From Candidatus Omnitrophota bacterium (GTDB lineage Bacteria; Omnitrophota; Gorgyraeia; Duberdicusellales; 4484-171), in assembly GCA_003154195.1 (NCBI GenBank), contig PMCS01000025.1:16662-80661 (forward strand): DNA of 64,000 nucleotides, read 5' to 3'. The notes below the pieces were generated by a model. The model saw only the letters and a program-made list of their open reading frames with translations. It was not told where the DNA came from and searched no databases. The stretch's first letter is position 1, and each line of letters starts with the position of its first letter. Shown piece by piece: positions 17,394 through 27,136 of the stretch. The translations under genes and the position numbers were made by a program.

Positions 17394-18251
17394 TCAATAT
17401 TTATTCAGAAAAGAAATTACTCTCTGCGCTACTTTTTCTCTTTCCTGGTCGGCGGTTATTATATGGTAAGAATCTTCGAGGAAGCAGATTTCCTTGTCGG
17501 ACGAACCAAGGCGTTGGTAAATATACTCGGAGTTGCGGGGGCTGGTCACATCGTCATCTTTGGCCTGGACCAATAACGCCGGATTCCGGATTGTACCCAG
17601 CAAGGAAGAAACATAGTTCGCTAATAAATGATTTTGATACATGCACGATACGGGGATAGCGGGATAACCATGCAAATGGATTTGTTCATAGTCGTCCAGC
17701 TTGGCCTTTTTGTAGTAGCTTTCGATTCGCGAACGCAGCCGTTCGTTCTTTATCCCGTAAGGAGACTCTTCTTTAAAGAAAATGTTGTACTTTAGGGGCG
17801 TCCGGTAAATTAGAGGAAGTAATACCCTCGACTTCGGCGTGCTCCACCCGTCGAAAAAAAGCGTCGGCGAGAGGCATATCAGCGCTTTGACCTTGCGGGG
17901 AAATTCATGGGCCAGACAAAGCCCCAGCAATGCCCCGAAGGATAAACCAGCCACAAATACGCTCTCGCAGCGCGCCGCCTGTTCCAGAAACTTTTCTTTC
18001 ATCGCGGCATAAAAATCCTGCCAGCGTATTTTCTTTAAAGTAGAAAGGGTCATATTATGCCCCTTCATCAGCGGCGCGGCCGCCGAATATCCCGCCCGAT
18101 GCAGGCGGTGGGCTAAAAATCCCATTTCCCGGGGCGTACCTGTAAGCCCATGAATAAGAAAACAGAGACGGTCATTGCCTTGTAGGAAAAAACTCTCGTC
18201 CGGAGCAACCGGATTTTTTTCCGCTTCTTCTTTAAAAGAAAAGATTACCAT
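17394..18251 (-). CDS. Alpha/beta-hydrolase (carboxylesterase/monoacylglycerol lipase-like)
   Basis: IHGLTG, GLSFG (GxSxG), DDD, SYH catalytic His. Confidence 0.9.
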   Translation of the reverse strand: MVIFSFKEEAEKNPVAPDESFFLQGNDRLCFLIHGLTGTPREMGFLAHRLHRAGYSAAAPLMKGHNMTLSTLKKIRWQDFYAAMKEKFLEQAARCESVFVAGLSFGALLGLCLAHEFPRKVKALICLSPTLFFDGWSTPKSRVLLPLIYRTPLKYNIFFKEESPYGIKNERLRSRIESYYKKAKLDDYEQIHLHGYPAIPVSCMYQNHLLANYVSSLLGTIRNPALLVQAKDDDVTSPRNSEYIYQRLGSSDKEICFLEDSYHIITADQEREKVAQRVISFLNKY

Positions 18252-18337
18252 AAGGGATAAATTGTATCACTAAAATAAAAAATACCCAAACAAAAAATGC
18301 GTTGGGAAAGCGCATTTTTTAGGTTATAATAACTGCC

Positions 18338-19885
18338 GTGAAAAGCCAGCCGCTTCTTACTACCGCCGTATATACGTCGGTCACCCAGATACCCCAAGCG
18401 CAGTGGGACGCATTGTTTTCCCCCGCCCCCGACGGTTACTATTTTTTTAAAACCATCGAAGAAACACTGAAAGACCAATTCCAGCCTTACTACCTTACGC
18501 TGTATAAAAACGGAGAAATCGCCTGCATTGCCCCCTGCTTTACGATGAATTATTCCCTGGCCACCACCGTTGACGGTCCGTTTAAAAAAGTACTCGACCG
18601 CCTGGGCAGTACCGTAACGAAATTCCTGACCTTGCGCGTCCTCATCTGCGGCTGCCCTACTGCCGAAGGAAGAATCGGCATCAAGGACCAACTCGACCGG
18701 GAAATCGTAGAATTACTGGCCGGCCGGATGTTTACCCTGGCAAAAGAAAAAAAAGCCGGCCTGGTAGCGTTCAAAGAGTTTTCGCCGCAATACGACCCGC
18801 TTTTCTCTCTTTTGCGTAAATCCGGGTTCCATAAAATGAGCAGCTACCCCGCGGCAATGCTGGAAATAAATTTCAATAATTTCGAAGATTATCTCTCCAG
18901 CCTCAGCAAGGTTACGCGCAAGAATCTCAGGAAAAAATTCCGGCAGGCAGGAGAACTGGCAAAAGTAGAGATGGAAACTGTCAATAGCCTCAACGAAAAC
19001 CTGGATGAAGTTTACACCCTCTATCTCAATACGCTCAATAAAAGCGGCGTCCAGTTTGAGATACTCACTAAAGATTTTTTTAAAAAAATATCGCAGAATA
19101 TGCCGGGGGAAACCAGATATTTTCTCTGGCGCATCAACGGAAAGCTTGCCGCCTTTGACCTTTGCCTGGTTTCCGGCGGGACTTTAATCGACGAATATAT
19201 CGGTATGGATTATACGCTAGCGTATCAATACCATCTGTATTACGTGACCTTTCGCGACGTATTCAACTGGTGCCTGCAAAATAACGTAAAGACAATCCAG
19301 GGCGGCAGTTTAAACTATGACCCTAAAAAACGTTTGGATTTCGTTTTCGTACCGCAAAGCATTTTCCTTAAACATAAGAATAGTTTCCTGAATTTTTTCT
19401 TCGGTATTCTTTGCAAAATTCTCCAGCCGGATAATTTTGATCCGGTTTTAAAAGCGGCGAAAAAAACAAAAAACGGCTTTTTCTGGAAAATTTTCACGTT
19501 GATATTTTTTGCCGACCTTGCGGAAGCGGCGGCCGATTTATTTTTTAAGAAAGGGACATCGGCGACCGGCATCACCAACGTCACCTTGCATAATCTTGCC
19601 CCGTTCACGGAACACCTGTTAACCAGCCCCCTTTTGTGGATTGGTATTGCCTTTTACTTTGTTAACTTTCTCTTCTGGATTACCGCGCTCTCGAAAGTCG
19701 ATTTAAGCGTCGCTTTCCCCATCGGGAGCACGACTTATGTCATCGTCCCGCTGTTGGCAATGATTTTCTTAGGCGAAAGAGTAATCTGGAGCCAATGGCT
19801 GGGTATTATCTTGATCATTGTCGGGATATTTTTTGTCTCGCAATCAAAAGAACAAGTTACGGCCAAGCAGGATATTGAAGAATGA
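18338..19885 (+). CDS. GNAT/FemAB-like acyltransferase fused to a C-terminal EamA/SMR-type 4-TM domain
   Basis: FEDYLSSLSK.TRKNLRKK, EYIGMDY, YDPKKRLDF; the last ~130 aa are hydrophobic with ALSKVDLSVAFP. Confidence 0.85.
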   Translation: MKSQPLLTTAVYTSVTQIPQAQWDALFSPAPDGYYFFKTIEETLKDQFQPYYLTLYKNGEIACIAPCFTMNYSLATTVDGPFKKVLDRLGSTVTKFLTLRVLICGCPTAEGRIGIKDQLDREIVELLAGRMFTLAKEKKAGLVAFKEFSPQYDPLFSLLRKSGFHKMSSYPAAMLEINFNNFEDYLSSLSKVTRKNLRKKFRQAGELAKVEMETVNSLNENLDEVYTLYLNTLNKSGVQFEILTKDFFKKISQNMPGETRYFLWRINGKLAAFDLCLVSGGTLIDEYIGMDYTLAYQYHLYYVTFRDVFNWCLQNNVKTIQGGSLNYDPKKRLDFVFVPQSIFLKHKNSFLNFFFGILCKILQPDNFDPVLKAAKKTKNGFFWKIFTLIFFADLAEAAADLFFKKGTSATGITNVTLHNLAPFTEHLLTSPLLWIGIAFYFVNFLFWITALSKVDLSVAFPIGSTTYVIVPLLAMIFLGERVIWSQWLGIILIIVGIFFVSQSKEQVTAKQDIEE

Positions 19886-20256
19886 ACTTAAAAAATTTTT
19901 TATTAATCTTACTGCATGAAGTCGTCGGCGCCGCGGAGCAACTGTTTTTCAAAACCAGCGTCAACAACTTCCCCGAGGGAAAGCTGAGGGGCATCAAGGA
20001 CTACCTCATATTTTTAGGCAGAGTTTTCCGCTCACCGCTGATCTGGCTGGGATTTGTAATGACCGTTGCAATGTGGCTGGTATGGCTGGCGGTCCTGGCA
20101 AATCTTGACTTAAGCATTGCCGTCCCTTTAAGCAGTATCCACTATCTGGTAATATTCGCCGCGGCCTATTTCATCCTGAAAGAACGCATCGATAAAAAAC
20201 GCCTCTTCGGCGCCCTGCTCATCCTCATCGGAATAATCCTTGCGGCAGTGCGGTAA
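19882..20256 (+). CDS. Small EamA/SMR (ArnE/ArnF-like) membrane protein
   Basis: Four TM helices, LANLDLSIAVP, LKERI; ATGA overlap with the upstream gene. Confidence 0.85.
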   Translation: MNLKNFLLILLHEVVGAAEQLFFKTSVNNFPEGKLRGIKDYLIFLGRVFRSPLIWLGFVMTVAMWLVWLAVLANLDLSIAVPLSSIHYLVIFAAAYFILKERIDKKRLFGALLILIGIILAAVR

Positions 20257-20286
20257 TAGGAAGAATAACACATAACAGCAAAATAT

Positions 20287-20388
20287 TTTCCCGCAAAGAC
20301 AGAGCGAAGCCTCCCCGAGAGGACAAAGCACGCAAAGATAATTAATCTCTTTATTATTTTCTTTACGCCCTTGGCGGGCTTTGCGGTA
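20287..20388. repeat. Palindromic CCGCAAAG...CTTTGCGG element, copy 1
   Basis: Inverted arms; similar in reverse complement to 34651-34749. Confidence 0.7.
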
Positions 20389-20467
20389 AACTGATTTGTT
20401 TATATCAAGAAAAACATCTTGCATTTACCCTGCCGTCATTTAAAATATAATCCGCTGGAGGGTTTTT

Positions 20468-20767
20468 ATGAGTAAAAGAGATATAATTGCTAAATTACGC
20501 ACCGATTTACCTTACTTACGCCATAATTTCGGCGTCAAGCGGATTGCCCTGTTCGGCTCTTACGCAATCGGTAAAGCCACAAAGAAAAGCGATGTTGATT
20601 TAATGGTAGAATTCCAGCGGCCGATCGGCCTTAATTTTATCGACATGGCCGAGCATCTGGAAAAAATATTAGGGGTTAAAATCGATATCTTAACCGCCGC
20701 GGGAATAGAAGGGATAAGAGTTAAAAAAATAGCTCAGAGCATAAAAAGGAGCCTGCTATATGTCTGA
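20468..20767 (+). CDS. MNT minimal nucleotidyltransferase antitoxin (MntA-like)
   Basis: LFGSYA.G......SDVDL (GSx10DxD); 99 aa; RBS GGAGG. Confidence 0.92.
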   Translation: MSKRDIIAKLRTDLPYLRHNFGVKRIALFGSYAIGKATKKSDVDLMVEFQRPIGLNFIDMAEHLEKILGVKIDILTAAGIEGIRVKKIAQSIKRSLLYV

Positions 20768-21101
20768 ACGTTCGGACAAAGAATTGCTCCAAGACATCAA
20801 AGAAGCGGCTTCGCGGATAAAATCATATACTGCCAAGATAAGCTATGAAACATTTTTATCCGACACTAAAACTCAAGACGCGGTAGTGCGCAATTTAGAG
20901 ATTATCGGCGAAGCGTCAAAAAAACTATCGACACAGTTTAAGAAAAAACACCCCGGAATCCCCTGGCAAAAAATTTCCGGCATGCGCGACAGGCTTATTC
21001 ACGATTATTCCGGCGTAAATCTCGACATCGTATGGACAGTGACCGACGAAGAACTGCCTTCCTTATCCGCAAAAATTACCAAAATACTCCAATCTATTTA
21101 A
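20760..21101 (+). CDS. HEPN DUF86 RNase toxin (HepT-like)
   Basis: DAVVRNLEIIGEA, RDRLIHDY (Rx4H); overlaps the MNT gene. Confidence 0.92.
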   Translation: MSERSDKELLQDIKEAASRIKSYTAKISYETFLSDTKTQDAVVRNLEIIGEASKKLSTQFKKKHPGIPWQKISGMRDRLIHDYSGVNLDIVWTVTDEELPSLSAKITKILQSI

Positions 21102-21112
21102 AAAATATTTCA

Positions 21113-21141
21113 AATCCGAGTAATCTGAGAAATCTGTGGAC
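21113..21141. repeat. 9-bp-period repeat arm (AATCYG family)
   Basis: AATCCGAGTAATCTGAGAAATCTGTGGAC is the exact reverse complement of 47779-47807. Confidence 0.8.
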
Positions 21142-21257
21142 ACATTTTTTGTTTCTCTTAGTATTCTTTGTGCCTTGGTAGTAGGTATCGGTTTTATCTT
21201 TAAAGTATCTATCGGTTTAATCCACGAAATCCGTGGACTAAAGTATTTATTTCTGCA

Positions 21258-22193
21258 TTAAGCTTGCCCCAGCAATCCCAGAATCTCCAAATTCGTCGCT
21301 TCGTTAACCGAATTGATCTCCGCCTCAGCCCGGCCCTGAGCGCTGAAAATCTTTGGATGGTCGGTCTGGTATAAAAATTCCATGAACTTTCCGTTGATCT
21401 TAGGCAAAGAGTAATCGCCGGTGATATCCAGGCCGACGATATCGAGATGCTTTTTGATCAGCCCCAGCAGAAGAAGCACATCGTCCAGCTCAAAACAGCC
21501 TTCTTCCCAGTTAGTCAAAGAATAAGGCGCGCGCAGGCAATCTTTATCGACGCTGACGTAAACCTGCCGGGCATCGATTCTTTCTTTCAGGGCAAGAAAA
21601 AATTTCGTTAAATCGGCATTTCTCAATTCCTGCCAGTGTATTTTTTTATAAAACAATTTATCCTCGACCCTTATGGAAGCGCTGTGTCCGGGCACCTTTT
21701 TAAAAAATGTTGTCGTTGGACAATGGCGATAAGGATAAATCTCGACGCGGTTATCGGTAAGAGCGGCTAAATTTCCGGTTTGGATAGAAAAAGTCGAAAT
21801 GTCATGCGAAGAGACGCCCAGAAGGATGATTTTTTTGATGTTCGGATTTCGTAAGGCATAGGTAACCCACGAACCGTAGCCTAACCGGGGAGGAAGAATA
21901 TCCCAATCAGGATGATAATCAAAAACAATGATGGTGAGCGGCTCAGCGAATTGTTCAAGTAAAAGCCCGGAAATATGGTGGAAATCACCGGAACCCAGGA
22001 AGGTCACGCTGTTTTTTTCCTGAACGTTAAGGCTCTCTTTTATCACTTCGCTGTTTTTTTTATTTAGCCAGATACGGCAGGAAGGCCCAACATGGGTTAA
22101 GTCGATTACGGCAGGCGAATATTGTTCCCGGAGCCGCTTTTGCCGGGTAACGCTGTCGTCGAAATTCAAGACGCGGATTTTTCGCGATAACAT
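21258..22193 (-). CDS. Ureohydrolase (arginase)-fold protein
   Basis: GSGDFHH, DYHPD (DxHxD), SVDKD (SxDxD). ATG at 22193 follows directly after the aminotransferase stop. Confidence 0.82.
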   Translation of the reverse strand: MLSRKIRVLNFDDSVTRQKRLREQYSPAVIDLTHVGPSCRIWLNKKNSEVIKESLNVQEKNSVTFLGSGDFHHISGLLLEQFAEPLTIIVFDYHPDWDILPPRLGYGSWVTYALRNPNIKKIILLGVSSHDISTFSIQTGNLAALTDNRVEIYPYRHCPTTTFFKKVPGHSASIRVEDKLFYKKIHWQELRNADLTKFFLALKERIDARQVYVSVDKDCLRAPYSLTNWEEGCFELDDVLLLLGLIKKHLDIVGLDITGDYSLPKINGKFMEFLYQTDHPKIFSAQGRAEAEINSVNEATNLEILGLLGQA

Positions 22194-22194
22194 C

Positions 22195-23607
22195 TTACGA
22201 AAGGCGATTGATGCCTTTCTGCAATGCCTCCTCGAAAAGGACACAAGCTAAATCGATCTCTTTTTCGGTAATATAAAACGACGGGGCAATAGTAAAAACG
22301 TTCTTATAATACCCGCCCACATCGAGAATAAGGCCGCGTTTTTTTCCACCGGCGCTCAAGTTTCCGCTCAACCCCAAGTCGACCACGGTATCGGTCAATT
22401 CTTTATTCGGCGCATATCCGTCTTTATGGCATATTTCTACCCGCAATGCCAATCCCAAGCCGTCGACATCGCCGATTTGCGGGTACTTTTTCTGTAATTC
22501 CTTCAACTGGGCCAGAAAATAGCGTCCCTTTCGGGGAATTTCGATTTCGAAATTTGATTCCGCGATAAGGTTCATCACCTCCAAACCCACGGCCGTGCCC
22601 AGAGGATTGGAAGAAAAGGTAGAGTGGGTCGAACCGGGAGGAAATACGTCGGGCGAGATCAACTTTCCCTTCGCCCATACCCCGGAGAGAGGGTTTAAAC
22701 CGTTAGTCAAAGCTTTGCCGAAAACCACGATGTCCGGGACAACGTTAAAATGCTCGATGGCCAGGAATTTTCCCGTCCGGAAGAATCCCATCTGTATTTC
22801 GTCGTCAACCATCATGATGCCGTAACGATCAAGGGTTTGCTTAAGCTGGGAAAAATATTCAGGCGGCGGAACAACATAACCGCCCGTGCCCTGGATTGCC
22901 TCGACATAGAAGGCGGCAAATTCGCACTTGCCGGTCTTTTTATCGACTACCCCGTAGTATTCGGTCTCGAATAACCGCTCGAATTGCTTAATACAATAGA
23001 AATCGCAGGAATCCTTCTTTTTATCGTAAGGGCACCGGAAACAATAAGGATAAGGGACAAATAACGCCCGGTCGCCGAAATGGCCGAACCGTTCGCGGTA
23101 GCGATAACTCGAAGTGATTGCCGATGCGGCGAGCGTCCGGCCGTGATAACCGCCCATAAACGCGAACATAAGATTTTTGCCGGCATGGATACGCACTAAT
23201 TTAAGCGAATCTTCGATTGCCGCCGAACCGCCGACGTTAAAATGCACCCTTCCTTTCTCCGTAAAGGTTGCTTCCATGCGCCGGGCGATTTTTTCCGCCA
23301 GGAGTATTTTTTCCTCATGAAGATACTGGCAGGCCAGCTGGGGCAATTTATCGATTTGCCGCTTCAACGCGTTGTTTAACCGGGGGTTGGCATAGCCGAA
23401 GTTGACCGCCGAATACCACATCTGCAAATCCATATACTCAACGCCCCGGTGGTCATAGAGACAGCTTCCCTGGGCGCGGCTGAATATTTGAGGATGCGGC
23501 GCGTAATGAACCGTATCTCCCCAGGAACAGTATTTTTCTTCCAGCGCCAGCAGGTTATTCGCCGCGGCGGTAGACATTTTTCCCGTGGTTTTTCCTTTTT
23601 TCATCAT
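22195..23607 (-). CDS. Class III PLP aminotransferase
   Basis: GGSAAIE, GYHGRT, DDEIQMGFFRTG, FGKALTNG (PLP Lys). The start may be 23577. Confidence 0.93.
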   Translation of the reverse strand: MMKKGKTTGKMSTAAANNLLALEEKYCSWGDTVHYAPHPQIFSRAQGSCLYDHRGVEYMDLQMWYSAVNFGYANPRLNNALKRQIDKLPQLACQYLHEEKILLAEKIARRMEATFTEKGRVHFNVGGSAAIEDSLKLVRIHAGKNLMFAFMGGYHGRTLAASAITSSYRYRERFGHFGDRALFVPYPYCFRCPYDKKKDSCDFYCIKQFERLFETEYYGVVDKKTGKCEFAAFYVEAIQGTGGYVVPPPEYFSQLKQTLDRYGIMMVDDEIQMGFFRTGKFLAIEHFNVVPDIVVFGKALTNGLNPLSGVWAKGKLISPDVFPPGSTHSTFSSNPLGTAVGLEVMNLIAESNFEIEIPRKGRYFLAQLKELQKKYPQIGDVDGLGLALRVEICHKDGYAPNKELTDTVVDLGLSGNLSAGGKKRGLILDVGGYYKNVFTIAPSFYITEKEIDLACVLFEEALQKGINRLS

Positions 23608-24314
23608 GGCAATGCCTTTTTAAAATAATGATACACATCCCTTAAGCTCTGTATCGGAATACACTGTTTTCTGGGCCCAGCCCATTTTTGCCAGAGATGT
23701 TCTTTGGCAAATACCAAGTCCGCGTGCCGCGAAGGGCAGATATCGGAACTTCCGTCTCCGATATAAACTCGGGTCTTGCCGTTGCTTACCCTCTGGAGCA
23801 AGGTATCCTTCTTACAATGGCCGCAATATCGCGAGCATGTCTCATTTTTGTAAGGGAAAAAAGGAATAAGACGGTTATTTACCAACCGCAGCCGGTTCGC
23901 ATAAATCTTCAATCCCTTAACTTTATTTGATTCCAGAATCGCCGCGATCAACGGCAAAAAACTGTCGCTTACAATCACCGACTGGATATTATTATCCTTA
24001 AACTCCCGCAGTAAAACAAGAAAATAAGGATCAATCTTGATATGGGAAAGATATTTCCTTAAATCATCTTTGCCTATTCTTACCGACTTAAACTGTTCCC
24101 GCAGGCATTTGTGCGAACCGATCTTGCCGGCTTGCCACTTCTTTTCCCATCCCTGCCATTCCTTATCGACCGAAAACCGCGCAATCAAATCATCCAAAAC
24201 GTCAAAAGAAGTGATGGTATTATCGAAATCAAAAAATACCTGGCACCCGGCTAAATCCATCGTTGGCTTGGAATCTCTATAGCGGCGTTGCTTACCATGT
24301 AAATCTCTTCCCAT
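23604..24314 (-). CDS. MtnX-like HAD-IB phosphatase
   Basis: FDFDNTIT, VSDS, CGHCK, YIGDGSSD, FAK. The start may be internal (MDLAG). Confidence 0.88.
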   Translation of the reverse strand: MGRDLHGKQRRYRDSKPTMDLAGCQVFFDFDNTITSFDVLDDLIARFSVDKEWQGWEKKWQAGKIGSHKCLREQFKSVRIGKDDLRKYLSHIKIDPYFLVLLREFKDNNIQSVIVSDSFLPLIAAILESNKVKGLKIYANRLRLVNNRLIPFFPYKNETCSRYCGHCKKDTLLQRVSNGKTRVYIGDGSSDICPSRHADLVFAKEHLWQKWAGPRKQCIPIQSLRDVYHYFKKALP

Positions 24315-24606
24315 AGCATTACCGATCTCCTCAGTCTTTTATTTCTTGCGGCGGAACCGGAGGAATGCTTCCCTGAATCTTTTGTACGATTATACTTTTA
24401 GATAACTCTTAAGGCAACAATATTTTTTGCGCTAAGCACATCCCTGACGCCTGCTTGCCATGCACAGGCAGCATCTTTACGGTGAAAAATGAGTATAGCC
24501 GGCATTTCGTTAGATTAACGTTAAAATAAAATTAATAATTTTTAATTTTTCCGGCGCAGAATCAGTCTCGTTAAGCTCTGGAACTTGCAAGCCCCCTCTA
24601 CAAAAA

Positions 24607-24650
24607 TAAAATACCCCTTGCACCATTTCAATAGGGTGAGGGGTATTTTA
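24607..24650 (-). terminator. Hairpin/terminator downstream of tRNA-Ser
   Basis: TAAAATACCCCT ... AGGGGTATTTTA inverted repeat, followed on the - strand by TTTTATTTTT. Confidence 0.6.
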
Positions 24651-24715
24651 TGGCGGATCCGCCTCACCAGCTTCGCTGGCGGGCGAGATCTCGCCATTTT
24701 TCGCTTTGCGAAAAA

Positions 24716-24809
24716 TGGCGGAGAGGTGGGGATTTGAACCCCAGGTATAGGCTTTCACCCATACAGCGGTTTAGCAAACCGCCGCCTTAAACCACTCGGC
24801 CACCTCTCC
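24716..24809 (-). tRNA. tRNA-Ser (anticodon GCT), long variable arm, encoded CCA
   Basis: Reverse complement reads GGAGAGGTGGCCGAGTGGTTTAAGGCGGCGGTTTGCTAAACCGC...GGGGTTCAAATCCCCACCTCTCCGCCA. Confidence 0.97.
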
Positions 24810-24994
24810 GAGAATTCGCGAAGCAAATTCGAGGATTTCGAGCCCCATTAAGGGCGAGAAATCTCAACAAGATTTCTCATATGCAGAAATTTCTTGGATC
24901 TCGAGTTCCGCTATGGCGAAACGAAAAATCTTAATAATATTTCTCGTGACGGCGTGTATTATAGCATTGCCTGAAGATTTTTAAAAGGCATTTT

Positions 24995-25510
24995 TCAATT
25001 TACCGTGCGGCGAATGGCGGTCGTTTGAGTCTTCTTCTCTTCCCTCTTCTTCCTGAAAAAATCGCTCATTAATTGTGAACATTCATCGGCCATGATTCCG
25101 CCTTTATATTTTATCTTATGATTAAGCTTTAAATCGTTAATGTTCATCTTTGAACCGAACGCGCCGGTTTTGGGGTCGACGGCGCCAAAAACAACCCGGC
25201 CGATGCGCGCCAGCACTAACGCTCCCGCGCACATGCTGCATGGCTCTACCGTAACGTATAGCACGCAATCTTGCAGCCACTTAGAGCGCAAAAAAGCCGC
25301 CGCGCCGGTGACGGCGAGGATTTCCGCGTGAGCCGTGGGATCAGACAAACGCTCTACCTGGTTATAAGCCTTGACGATTATTTTATCTTTTAAAACGACT
25401 ACCGCGCCGACAGGAGCCTCATCTTCCTGATAAGCGAGGCGCGCCTGGGCTATGGCGGTTTGCATATAGAATTTATCGGCCGGAAATAAACGCATGCGGG
25501 AATTAATCAA
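24995..25510 (-). CDS. tadA: tRNA adenosine(34) deaminase
   Basis: DPTAHAE, EPCSMCAGA, DPKTGA; lies upstream of tRNA-Ser. The start may be slightly internal. Confidence 0.9.
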   Translation of the reverse strand: MINSRMRLFPADKFYMQTAIAQARLAYQEDEAPVGAVVVLKDKIIVKAYNQVERLSDPTAHAEILAVTGAAAFLRSKWLQDCVLYVTVEPCSMCAGALVLARIGRVVFGAVDPKTGAFGSKMNINDLKLNHKIKYKGGIMADECSQLMSDFFRKKREEKKTQTTAIRRTVN

Positions 25511-25520
25511 AAAGGGATTC

Positions 25521-27065
25521 TTATTCTCTTGAATTATTTTTATTCATACCAACAATTTTCAGGAATACGTCCACAATCTTCGGATCAAAATGTTTTCCCG
25601 TTTGTTCCCGGATTATCTTAATCGCCGCTTGTTTATTAAACGCTTTTCGGTAGGGACGGTTGCTGATCAGCGCCTGATAAACATCGGCCACGGCGATAAT
25701 GCGCGCGCCTAAAGGAATTTCTTCGCCTTTTAATCCTAAAGGATAGCCCGAACCGTCAAAACGCTCATGATGATATAGAATCGCCGGAATCGTTCCCCTT
25801 AACGCGTGGATCTCCCGTAAAATCTCCGTGGCAATCCAGGGATGAGTCTTGACCACCTCTCTCTCTTCTTTATTCAAAGGCCCTTTTTTTGCCAGAATAC
25901 TCTCATCGATGCCGACCTTGCCTAAATCATGCAAAATGGCCGCGCGTTTTACATTTTCTATTTCATCGCTGGGCACGGACAACTCCCGGGCAATTTTTTC
26001 GGCGATTACCGCCGTTGACTCCGTATGTTTGGCGGTATACGCATCCTTTACCTCAATCGCTTTAGCAAAACCGTAAATCATCTCCAGCAGATCCCGCGTG
26101 AGCAAAGAATCCATTTTTTTGATTCTCTCCTGCAATTCATCAACGCTTGCCTCTTCTTTTTCGCGGCAAACAATATTATAGGCGACGGGAGAATAGGGAA
26201 TGATTACGTTGCCGCCCTTGCCCTTAGCGGTCGCCAGGCATTTGGTTAAAGCATTAACCACATCGGCAGTATTAACGACATTATCCTGCGGGAAGGAAAC
26301 AAAAGCAATGCTCGCGTGAATACTCAAACTTAATTTTTTATACTTAAATTTGTGGCCGGCGATTTTATTTTTTATTCTCCGGGCAACCCGATAAGCATTA
26401 TCGCTCGATATATAAGGCATGATAATAAAAAATTCATCGTCGCGCCAGCGGCTGACAATATCTTCTTTTCGCAAAATCTTTTTTATAATTTTCACCATAT
26501 CGGAGATCATGCTGTCGGCGACTTTAATCCCGTAGAGTTCGTTTACCTGGCGAAAATAATCGATATCCACGGCGATGAACGAAAGATTGTAAAAATGCCG
26601 CCGGGCGCGGCTTAATTCCTGTTGGGAACGATGGACAAAATAACGCCAATTATAACAATCGCAGGAAGGATCGACTAAGGTAATTTTTTCAAGTTTTTTA
26701 TCTTTACTCAGAATACCGCGCTCTAGATTAAGTATCTTCCGGCGGGAAGCCACAACCCCCCACGCGCGGTGTATCTTGAAAAGAACCTTTTCCTTAGAAT
26801 GCCCGTCGACCAGATAATCGAGAAAACCAAACTTCCCAGTTAATTCAAAGTTATTTTCTCCCTCCCGGGAAAAATTAATAAAACAAACCTTATCCTGCAA
26901 CAGCTGCAGATTGATTTGTTTATTTTTCACCGCATCTTCGCTGAAAATAACAAGGGGGTAATCTTTTTTATACACATCTTTTATCCGGCGGGTGACGACC
27001 AGAGGAAGGAAGGGGAAGGGTTTATTCTTTAACGGTTTATCAGCGCAGTATAAAATTTTTTGCAT
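25521..27065 (-). CDS. Degenerate GGDEF + HD-GYP c-di-GMP phosphodiesterase
   Basis: DIDYF..VN..YG; RKED I-site; RWRDDEF in place of GGDEF; LHDLGK, HHERFDGSGYP, RPYR. Confidence 0.9.
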   Translation of the reverse strand: MQKILYCADKPLKNKPFPFLPLVVTRRIKDVYKKDYPLVIFSEDAVKNKQINLQLLQDKVCFINFSREGENNFELTGKFGFLDYLVDGHSKEKVLFKIHRAWGVVASRRKILNLERGILSKDKKLEKITLVDPSCDCYNWRYFVHRSQQELSRARRHFYNLSFIAVDIDYFRQVNELYGIKVADSMISDMVKIIKKILRKEDIVSRWRDDEFFIIMPYISSDNAYRVARRIKNKIAGHKFKYKKLSLSIHASIAFVSFPQDNVVNTADVVNALTKCLATAKGKGGNVIIPYSPVAYNIVCREKEEASVDELQERIKKMDSLLTRDLLEMIYGFAKAIEVKDAYTAKHTESTAVIAEKIARELSVPSDEIENVKRAAILHDLGKVGIDESILAKKGPLNKEEREVVKTHPWIATEILREIHALRGTIPAILYHHERFDGSGYPLGLKGEEIPLGARIIAVADVYQALISNRPYRKAFNKQAAIKIIREQTGKHFDPKIVDVFLKIVGMNKNNSRE

Positions 27066-27136
27066 AGCTGAAATATTTTACCATAGCTATGCTTTTTTGC
27101 AAGCAGTCTTGCCGCTGAACACGGTCATCCCGGCTT

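Noticed and set aside
24716-24809. tRNA-Ser as the attachment site of an integrated island
   Set aside because: No direct repeat of the tRNA 3' end and no integrase seen in the window.
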